From Azolla caroliniana (lineage: Eukaryota; Plantae; Polypodiophyta), in contig JBHGNT010000022.1 of assembly GCA_043228905.1 (NCBI GenBank), positions 1,922,001-1,986,000 on the forward strand: a stretch of DNA of 64,000 nucleotides. The letters are read 5' to 3'. This document shows, one piece after another, positions 55,053 to 64,000 of this stretch. Under the pieces are notes generated by a model, which worked only from the letters and a program-made list of their open reading frames with translations, searched no databases and was not told the origin of the DNA. Position 1 is the first letter of the stretch. Each line of letters opens with the position of its first letter. Position numbers and translations under genes: made by a program.

Positions 55053-55092
<40 letters not shown>

Positions 55093-55247
55093 CTGGAACA
55101 TTCTAGAAACTTCAGGAGTATTCCTGAAGACACTATAAAAGGAGGCGCAAGGCATTAGTTCGAACCAAATCGGTTCAACGCCAGTCTTAAGCCTTCTAAC
55201 TACTGTTGTATATCTTCCGTCATATAATACATATATCTTTCGCATCA

Positions 55248-55285
<38 letters not shown>

Positions 55286-55508
55286 ACTCATTCCTTCTCT
55301 CAAAGTTCGACACCTCTCATAGTACTAATCCTTCTCTGTCTTAGTACTATTCCCCAACAATAGTACTAATCCTTCTTTTAGTACTAATTCCTTCTCTGCC
55401 TTAATAGAGTTCCTGACAGTTTGAACCGATTTTCTAACTACTAGTCTCCCTCTTCCTTCTGTCTCCCTCCTTTCCTACTAGTCTCTTATTTCCCTTTTCC
55501 TTCATCCC

Positions 55509-56678
55509 ATGGCCACCGTTAGCGCTGAAGAGTATCAATCCGTTTTCTCGGAATTTCAATGCTTGAAAGAGAAGTTTCATGCTTTGGAACAAGAAAATCA
55601 ACGCTTGTTGGGGGATCTTCAGCAAATTTCCTTAGAAAAGCAGCAAACGCAACAACAGCATGGGGAACTTGCGTTACGCGTGCAACAACTCGAAGCAACC
55701 ATCGTAGCAATGCAACAACAAGGGCACGGAGCACAAGGGATTCATAAAGAACCCAAGATTGGCCTTCCCACGAAGTTCGATGGAACGCGATCGCAGTTTA
55801 GAGGGTTTCTTAACCAGGTACGGTTAGTTATTCAAATGCATCCGTCCCGATATCCCACCGATGCATCACGAGTGGGTTTAGTAGGCACGTTGTTAAATGG
55901 CTCAGCATTAGCATGGTTCGCTCCGCTACTAGAAAAGGAATCTCCAGTACTAAATAATTTTGAAGAATTCATAAGTGAGTTTAAAGCATGTTTTGGAGAT
56001 ACTGACAGCATAAGGACTGCAATCAACAAAATCCGGCGATTACGCCAAGGTGACCGTCCAGCCTCCGCATATGCTGCAGATTTCCGCCTACTCGCCGCCG
56101 ATATCCCCTGGGATGATCAAGCATTGATGGAGCAGTTCCGCTATGGTCTACGCAACGATGTCAAGGATTTACTCTTGACTTTCCCTGAAGAGCCAAAATC
56201 ATTAACAGAAGCAATCAGTCGAGCGGTCAGATGTGACAACTGCCTCTTCGAGCGACGTTCGGAACGACAATTTCAGATGCCGAGGGCAAGATCCGAGCCT
56301 ACCTATGCCTCAGTGGTAGCGAAACCTTTTCAAAGGGAGTCACATAATGCGCCTCCAGTAAGTACTCCAACTCCAATGGAAATTGACACTACACGTCGTC
56401 GTGGGCCGCTATCGGAGGAGGAAAAGCAACGACGCCGAACAAACCGATTATGCCTTTATTGCGGTGGACCAGGGCATATCGCGATAAACTGTCCCCATAG
56501 ACCAAGAAGGCAGGTAAACCAAGTCGTTGTTAGTTCTGACTATACTAAACCCGAGTCTATTTCAGTAGGAATCTCTGATAGTCCTCATAGTCATAATAGT
56601 CCTAATAGTACTAATAGTCCGAATCTCGCAAACAAATTTGATGTCCTTAGCCAATTAGAAGAAGAGTTAAACGACTAA
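55509..56678 (+). CDS. gag: Retrotransposon Gag (Ty3/PEG10-like capsid with CCHC knuckle)
   Basis: LPTKFDG, LRQG...Y...F, PMEID, CLYCGGPGHIAINC; intact 389-aa ORF. Confidence 0.9.
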   Translation: MATVSAEEYQSVFSEFQCLKEKFHALEQENQRLLGDLQQISLEKQQTQQQHGELALRVQQLEATIVAMQQQGHGAQGIHKEPKIGLPTKFDGTRSQFRGFLNQVRLVIQMHPSRYPTDASRVGLVGTLLNGSALAWFAPLLEKESPVLNNFEEFISEFKACFGDTDSIRTAINKIRRLRQGDRPASAYAADFRLLAADIPWDDQALMEQFRYGLRNDVKDLLLTFPEEPKSLTEAISRAVRCDNCLFERRSERQFQMPRARSEPTYASVVAKPFQRESHNAPPVSTPTPMEIDTTRRRGPLSEEEKQRRRTNRLCLYCGGPGHIAINCPHRPRRQVNQVVVSSDYTKPESISVGISDSPHSHNSPNSTNSPNLANKFDVLSQLEEELND

Positions 56679-56717
56679 GTCCAGCCAAAATAGGAGCCGT
56701 TTGGTTGGACAGCCCTA
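56666..56717 (+). promoter_or_regulatory. Putative -1 ribosomal frameshift signal
   Basis: G_TTA_AAC, 6-nt spacer, 11-bp stem 56679-56689/56700-56710; protease ORF lies in the -1 frame. Confidence 0.75.
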
Positions 56718-59700
56718 GATCTGTGCAGCCCATTAGTGGTTCCATTCCCTCTAAGCAAGTTAGTGATGTGTTCGTAGCCCAAGTAGCAGTTAGTACTAAA
56801 AGTACCCCTCCAGTACATACCTTAGCCCTTCTAGATTCCGGAGCTAATTCTTGCTTCATGGATAGGAATTTTGCCCGAGCTCATCAGATATCTCTCAGAA
56901 AGCTCCCATGTCCAGCCTCAGTAGTAGTCATTGATGGTCGTCCCATTGCTTCTGGTAATATCATAGAAGAGTCGGAACCCGTTAATATTGTCCTAGATAA
57001 CTTAACATGTGTAGTATCATAGATTGGAGGACAAGGGAAATCTGCTTGCAACAAACCCAAGGACCTACCCAGAAGGTTGCAACCATTTCGCTACGTCAGT
57101 TGCGTAAGGAAGGGCGCAAGGAGGAAATGTTTCTCTTTGCAATATCAGTACAACCCTCCAGCACCACCAAAGAGGAGTCCACCGTTCAACTTCCCGAGAA
57201 GTATCGTCAGTATGCTGATGTGTTCGATAAAGTACAAGCCAACACACTTCCTCATCATCGGCCGTACGATTGCGCCATCGACTTACAACCGGGAAAAGAG
57301 CCGCCATGGGGGCCGATCTACAATTTGTCACCCACCGAGCTAGAAGTCCTTCGAGCCTATATAGAGGAGAATTTGGAGAACGGTTTCATTCGGCATTCGA
57401 AATCTCCAGCCGGCGCACCCATTTTCTTCGTCAAGAAAAAAGATGGCTCGCTTCGACTCGTTGTAGATTACCGTGGCTTGAATAAGGTCACAGTAAGAAA
57501 TAGGTATGCTCTTCCCCTTATCTCAAGTCTTTTAGAACGGATCAACGGTGCCAGGTTCTTCACGAAGATCGACTTACGAGGAGCCTATAACCTCGTACGG
57601 ATCCGACCAGGAGATGAATGGAAGACCGCGTTTCGCACCAGATATGGGCACTTCGAGTATACGGTCATGCCGTTCGGACTCACTAATGCGCCGGCAGTCT
57701 TCCAGCACATGGCGAATGATATATTTCGAGATCTCTTGGATGATTTTTTGATCATCTATTTGGATGATCTACTGGTTTATTCAAAGACCCAAGAAGAACA
57801 TGATTCTCATGTACTATTAGTACTAAAACGACTTCGAGAACATGGTCTGTATGCAAAGTTAGAGAAATGTAGTTTCGGGTGCAACCAAGTGGAATTTCTC
57901 GGCTATGTCATCTCCTCAGAAGGCATATCTATGGACCCAGCCAAGGTCAAAACGGTGATAGAATGGCACACTCCGCGTTCGGTGCGGGATGTGCAATGCT
58001 TCCTAGGCTTTGCAAATTTCTACCGGAAGTTCATACAAAATTACTCAAAAATTGTGCTGCCTCTCACACAGCTCACCAGGAAGGGACAATCATTCATTTG
58101 GTCTAAAGAGACGGACATGGCTTTCGAGAGTCTTAAGAAGGCGTTTACATCAGCTCCAATTTTAGGTCATGTGGATCCGGAAAAACCATTCATTATCGAA
58201 GCTGACGCATCGGATTTCGCATTGGGGAGCATTCTGTCACAACAGGGTAACGACGAGAAGCTACATCCTGTGGCTTTCCACTCCCGTAAGTTTGACGCCG
58301 CCGAAATCAACTACGAAATTCATGATAAAAAGCTATTAGCAATAGTTGATTCTTTTATGCAATGGAGGCATTTCCTGGAGGGATCTCCTCATCAGGTCAC
58401 TGTATTCAGTGACCACAAGAACCTTGCCTACTTTCAAGATGCTCGTGTACTGAATCGACGTCAAGCTCGGTGGGCCCACTTCCTCACACGCTTCGACTTC
58501 AAAATTACCTATCGTCCGGGGAAGCACCAAGGGAAGGCAGATGCATTATCACGGCGTTCGTATCTAACACCACGTCCCGGTGAGCCAGCTTTCGATAACC
58601 AGAAGCAAGTAATCTTGGGTCCAGCACGACTGCAAGCAGCACAGGTCTTTGACATGCCCGTGGATTCCGACATTACCAATACTATACGTGAGGACTTGAA
58701 GACTGACGCTTTCGCCCAAGCTATACTAGCACAAATTGACCCCTCTCGAGCGTCATGTTCACAATCACAATCACCAGGTACGGATTATCGGCAATTCAAA
58801 TACTGTGATGGATTACTCTTCTTTAAAGAACTTTTGTATGTTCCTAATGGTTCTTGCCGCCTTCGAGTAGTACAAAACTGCCATGACACATATACAGCAG
58901 GACATTTTGGTAGTACTAAAACATTAGATTTAGTACAACGATCATTCTGGTGGCCCCGTATGCGACAATTTGTCGAAGATTTTGTTCGGACTTGCGATAC
59001 ATGCTGCAGAGCGAAAATGCCGAGACATCATCCATATGGTTTATTAGAACCATTACCAATTCCAAGCAAGCCATGGCAATCCATTGCTCTTGACTTCATT
59101 ACAGATCTTCCAGTTTCTAAGGGATTCAGTGCGATTCTCACAGTGGTGGATCGATATACAAAGATGGCTCATTTCTTACCATGTACTAAAGAAATATCTA
59201 GTGAAGACACCGCCGAAATTGTCATGCGGGAAGTATGTCGGCATCATGGACTCCCTGATAATATCATCAGCGATCGTGGACCCCAGTTTGTGTCAAAATT
59301 CTGGAAGCACCTTTTTAAAATGCTGAAGGTCACTTGTAACCTCTCCTCCGGCTACCACCCACAAACCGACGGTCAAGCCGAACGAACAAATCAAACACTG
59401 GAGCAGTATCTGCGGTGCTTTCTCAACTATCATCAGAATGACTGGGCAGATATTCTTCAGTTCGCCGAATTTGCCTATAATAACGCTATCCACGCATCGA
59501 CTAAAGTCACGCCATTCTACGCTTATACGGGATATCATCCCCGGTGGTGTGTCCTTGAAACCCCAGAAGTGTCCACAAATCCTTGCGCGGAGGATCGTTT
59601 GGAGCGGTTACGCAAGATACAAGCGGATTTATCTACTCAACTCCAGCAAGCTCAACAATCACACAAGGACTACGCAGATCGTCATCGACTTCCATCTAGT

Positions 59701-59976
59701 TTTAACATTGGAGATCGGGTGTGGCTGCTACGACGACACATCAAGACTACTCGCCCATGTGAGAAGTTGGATTATCGGCGATTAGGTCCTTTCCGTATTA
59801 TCGGGAAGATTAATGATGTCGCTTTTCGTCTCGAGCTACCTCCGCAACTTCGGATACACCCGGTGTTTCATAGTTCTCTCCTCGAACCCTATCACGAGAG
59901 CACTATCCCAGGACGTACTATACAACCACCACCTCCTATCGAGCTCGAAGATGGACCTGAATATGAGCAGTTCTGA
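56666..59976 (+). pseudogene. pol: Pol (protease, RT, RNase H, integrase), with a frameshifting deletion in the protease C-terminus near 57020
   Basis: ALLDSGANSCF; YLDDLL; IEADASD; integrase HHCC, D..D(35)E and LGPF; expected LG.PW...HNP segment absent. Confidence 0.88.
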
Positions 59977-60705
59977 ACGTCCGTAAGAGACTTTGGTTCT
60001 TCGGGGAAAGTTAGAAGTAGATCTTTGACATCGTTTCGCAAGCCATAGCGAAACTGCTCCATTAGTGCTTGATCATCCCAGGGTATATCTTAAGCAAGTA
60101 GGCGGAAATCCGCCGCGTAGGCAGAGGCTGGACTATCGCCTTGACGCAATCGCCGGATCTTGTTGATCGCCGTCCTGATGCTGTCGGTGTCTCCAAAGCA
60201 GGCTTTAAACTCACCAATAAAATCTTCAAAGTTATTAAGGAAGGGCGATTGTTTTTCTAGAAGCGGAGCGAACCATGCCAAGGCTGAGCCGCTAAGTAGC
60301 GTGCCTATTAGGCCGACTCGAGATGCATCAGTGGGATATCGGGAAGGATGCATCTGGATGACTAAGCGTACCTGATTAAGGAATCCCCGAAATTGCGAAC
60401 GCGTTCCATCAAATTTCACAGGAAGTCCAATCTTGGGCTCTTTATGAAATCCTTGGGGACTGGATCCTTGTTGTTGCAACACTGCTTCGAGTTGTTGTAC
60501 CCGTAACGCTAACTCCCCATGTTGTTGTTGCGTTTGTTGTTTTTCTAGAGCGATTTGTTGCAGATCCCCTATCAGCCGTTGGTTTTCTTGTTCCAAGGCA
60601 ACAAACTTTTCTTTTAGGCACTGTAGCTCGAAGAAAACGGATTGGTATTCTTGGGCGCTAACAGTAGCCATAGTATAGGGGAAAGGGTAGGAGGATGAGG
60701 GAGAG
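59968..60705 (-). mobile_element. Inverted gag fragment of a related Tcn1-like subfamily
   Basis: ORF 60090-60671 MATVSAQEYQSVFFELQC..., continues past a stop to ~59968. Confidence 0.85.
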
Positions 60706-60744
60706 TGACAATTTGAACCAATTTCCTCCTCTAGCCTACTTGAG

Positions 60745-61030
60745 TGTCATAGCTAGACTCGAACCCATAACCTTTTGTTACACGGGTCGAGACTTTACCA
60801 TTAGGTTATGAATTGTAATTTGAAGGATATTATTTTCATTTAGGTTTTATTGGGAAATTGATGTATATTCCAGATTTCTCTAGAACATTCTAGAAACTTC
60901 AGGAGTATTCCTGAAGACACTATAAAAGGAGGCGCAAGGCATTAGTTCGAACCAAATCGGTTCAACGCCAGTCTTAAGCCTTCTAACTACTGTTGTATAT
61001 CTTCCTTCATATAATACATATATCTTTCGC

Positions 61031-61074
<44 letters not shown>

Positions 61075-64000
61075 CCACTCACTCATTCCTTCTCTCAAAG
61101 TTCGACACCTCTCATAGTACTAATCCTTCTCTGTCTTAGTACTATTCCCCAACAATAGTACTAATCCTTCTTTTAGTACTAATTCCTTCTCTGCCTTAAT
61201 AGAGTTCCTGACAGTTTGAACCGATTTTCACTACTAGTCTCCCTCTTCCTTCTGTCTCCCTCCTTTCCTACTAGTCTCTTATTTCCCTTTTCCTTCATCC
61301 CATGGCCACCGTTAGCGCTGAAGAGTATCAATCCGTTTTCTCGGAATTTCAATGCTTGAAAGAGAAGTTTCATGCTTTGGAACAAGAAAATCAACGCTTG
61401 TTGGGGGATCTTCAGCAAATTTCCTTAGAAAAGCAGCAAACGCAACAACAGCATGGGGAACTGGCGTTACGCGTGCAACAACTCGAAGCAACCATCGTAG
61501 CAATGCAACAACAAGGGCACGGAGCACAAGGGATTCATAAAGAACCCAAGATTGGCCTTCCCACGAAGTTCGATGGAACGCGATCGCAGTTTAGAGGGTT
61601 TCTTAACCAGGTACGGTTAGTTATTCAAATGCATCCGTCCCGATATCCCACCGATGCATCACGAGTGGGTTTAGTAGGCACGTTGTTAAATGGCTCAGCA
61701 TTAGCATGGTTCGCTCCGCTGCTAGAAAAGGAATCTCCAGTACTAAATAATTTTGAAGAATTCATAAGTGAGTTTAAAGCATGTTTTGGAGATACTGACA
61801 GCATAAGGACTGCAATCAACAAAATCCGGCGATTACGCCAAGGTGACCGTCCAGCCTCCGCATATGCTGCAGATTTCCGCCTACTCGCCGCCGATATCCC
61901 CTGGGATGATCAAGCATTGATGGAGCAGTTCCGCTATGGTTTACGCAACGATGTCAAGGATTTACTCTTGACTTTCCCTGAAGAGCCAAAATCATTAACA
62001 GAAGCAATCAGTCGAGCGGTCAGATGTGACAACCGCCTCTTCGAGCGACGTTCGGAACGACAATTTCAGATGCCGAGGGCAAGATCCGAGCCTACCTATG
62101 CCTCAGTGGTAGCGAAACCTTTTCAAAGGGAGTCACATAATGCGCCTCCAGTAAGTACTCCAACTCCAATGGAAATTGACACTACACGTCGTCGTGGGCC
62201 GCTATCGGAGGAGGAAAAGCAACGACGCCGAACAAACCGATTATGCCTTTATTGCGGTGGACCAGGGCATATCGCGATAAACTGTCCCCATAGACCAAGA
62301 AGGCAGGTAAACCAAGTCGTTGTTAGTTCTGACTATACTAAACCCGAGTCTATTTCAGTAGGAATCTCTGATAGTCCTCATAGTCATAATAGTCCTAATA
62401 GTACTAATAGTCCGAATCTCGCAAACAAATTTGATGTCCTTAGCCAATTAGAAGAAGAGTTAAACGACTAAGTCCAGCCAAAATAGGAGCCGTTTGGTTG
62501 GACAGCCCTAGATCTGTGCAGCCCATTAGTGGTTCCATTCCCTCTAAGCAAGTTAGTGATGTGTTCGTAGCCCAAGTAGCAGTTAGTACTAAAAGTACCC
62601 CTCCAGTACATACCTTAGCCCTTCTAGATTCCGGAGCTAATTCTTGCTTCATGGATAGGAATTTTGCCCGAGCTCATCAGATATCTCTCAGAAAGCTCCC
62701 ATGTCCAGCCTCAGTAGTAGTCATTGATGGTCGTCCCATTGCTTCTGGTAATATCATAGAAGAGTCGGAACCCGTTAATATTGTCCTAGATAACTTAACA
62801 TGTGTAGTATCATAGATTGGAGGACAAGGGAAATCTGCTTGCAACAAACCCAAGGACCTACCCAGAAGGTTGCAACCATTTCGCTACGTCAGTTGCGTAA
62901 GGAAGGGCGCAAGGAGGAAATGTTTCTCTTTGCAATATCAGTACAACCCTCCAGCACCACCAAAGAGGAGTCCACCGTTCAACTTCCCGAGAAGTATCGT
63001 CAGTATGCTGATGTGTTCGATAAAGTACAAGCCAACACACTTCCTCATCATCGGCCGTACGATTGCGCCATCGACTTACAACCGGGAAAAGAGCCGCCAT
63101 GGGGGCCGATCTACAATTTGTCACCCACCGAGCTAGAAGTCCTTCGAGCCTATATAGAGGAGAATTTGTAGAACGGTTTCATTCGGCATTCGAAATCTCC
63201 AGCCGGCGCACCCATTTTCTTCGTCAAGAAAAAAGATGGCTCGCTTCGACTCGTTGTAGATTACCGTGGCTTGAATAAGGTCACAGTAAGAAATAGGTAT
63301 GCTCTTCCCCTTATCTCAAGTCTTTTAGAACGGATCAACGGTGCCAGGTTCTTCACGAAGATCGACTTACGAGGAGCCTATAACCTCGTACGGATCCGAC
63401 CAGGAGATGAATGGAAGACCGCGTTTCGCACCAGATATGGGCACTTCGAGTATACGGTCATGCCGTTCGGACTCACTAATGCGCCGGCAGTCTTCCAGCA
63501 CATGGCGAATGATATATTTCGAGATCTCTTGGATGATTTTTTGATCATCTATTTGGATGATCTACTGGTTTATTCAAAGACCCAAGAAGAACATGATTCT
63601 CATGTACTATTAGTACTAAAACGACTTCGAGAACATGGTCTGTATGCAAAGTTAGAGAAATGTAGTTTCGGGTGCAACCAAGTGGAATTTCTCGGCTATG
63701 TCATCTCCTCAGAAGGCATATCTATGGACCCAGCCAAGGTCAAAACGGTGATAGAATGGCACACTCCGCGTTCGGTGCGGGATGTGCAATGCTTCCTAGG
63801 CTTTGCAAATTTCTACCGGAAGTTCATACAAAATTACTCAAAAATTGTGCTGCCTCTCACACAGCTCACCAGGAAGGGACAATCATTCATTTGGTCTAAA
63901 GAGACGGACATGGCTTTCGAGAGTCTTAAGAAGGCGTTTACATCAGCTCCAATTTTAGGTCATGTGGATCCGGAAAAACCATTCATTATCGAAGCTGACG
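60745..64000 (+). mobile_element. Second near-identical Tcn1-like copy: LTR 60745-61213, gag, pol with TAG at 63169-63171; runs off the window
   Basis: gag differs from 55509-56678 by one residue in the ORF track; same PBS, frameshift signal and protease deletion. Confidence 0.92.
61302..62471 (+). CDS. gag: Retrotransposon Gag, second copy
   Basis: intact 389-aa ORF with CCHC knuckle. Confidence 0.9.
   Translation: MATVSAEEYQSVFSEFQCLKEKFHALEQENQRLLGDLQQISLEKQQTQQQHGELALRVQQLEATIVAMQQQGHGAQGIHKEPKIGLPTKFDGTRSQFRGFLNQVRLVIQMHPSRYPTDASRVGLVGTLLNGSALAWFAPLLEKESPVLNNFEEFISEFKACFGDTDSIRTAINKIRRLRQGDRPASAYAADFRLLAADIPWDDQALMEQFRYGLRNDVKDLLLTFPEEPKSLTEAISRAVRCDNRLFERRSERQFQMPRARSEPTYASVVAKPFQRESHNAPPVSTPTPMEIDTTRRRGPLSEEEKQRRRTNRLCLYCGGPGHIAINCPHRPRRQVNQVVVSSDYTKPESISVGISDSPHSHNSPNSTNSPNLANKFDVLSQLEEELND

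Larger units (their letters stand above)
54924..59968 (+). mobile_element. Tcn1-like chromovirus (Ty3/gypsy): 5' LTR 54924-55418, gag, pol; 3' end and most of the chromodomain missing
   Basis: TGTCA...TGACA LTR; PR-RT-RH-INT order; pol stops at ELEDGPEYE, where a chromodomain would begin. Confidence 0.92.

Noticed and set aside
54924-55418. MITE or foldback DNA transposon
   Set aside because: TG...CA ends, TATA box, self-primer and adjoining PBS plus gag identify it as an LTR

Overview
Eukaryotic plant DNA, most consistent with a moss such as Physcomitrium patens (inferred from the retrotransposon types and gene style, not from a database). There are two dense clusters of nested LTR retrotransposons (about 1-20.9 kb and 43.5-64 kb: Ty1/copia Tork-like and Bryco-like elements, Ty3/gypsy Phygy-like, Tat/Athila-like and Tcn1-like chromoviruses). 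Between them lies an AT-rich stretch with two intact spliced genes: an RHF1A/RHF2A-like RING-H2 E3 ligase and a CASP-like membrane protein. The main surprise, largely hidden from the ORF track by introns and stops, is a three-exon pseudogene of a bacterial-type beta-class DNA amino-methyltransferase (N4-C/N6-A) at 53264-54350 (-). Other notable structure: an LTR folded into a ~165-bp inverted repeat, Tf1-like self-priming PBS/R pairs that covary between two families, a -1 frameshift signal with hairpin, antisense tRNA-like A/B-box cassettes in three different LTR families, and a conserved charged extension after RNase H in two copia copies. All coordinates were read by eye and may be off by a few bases.
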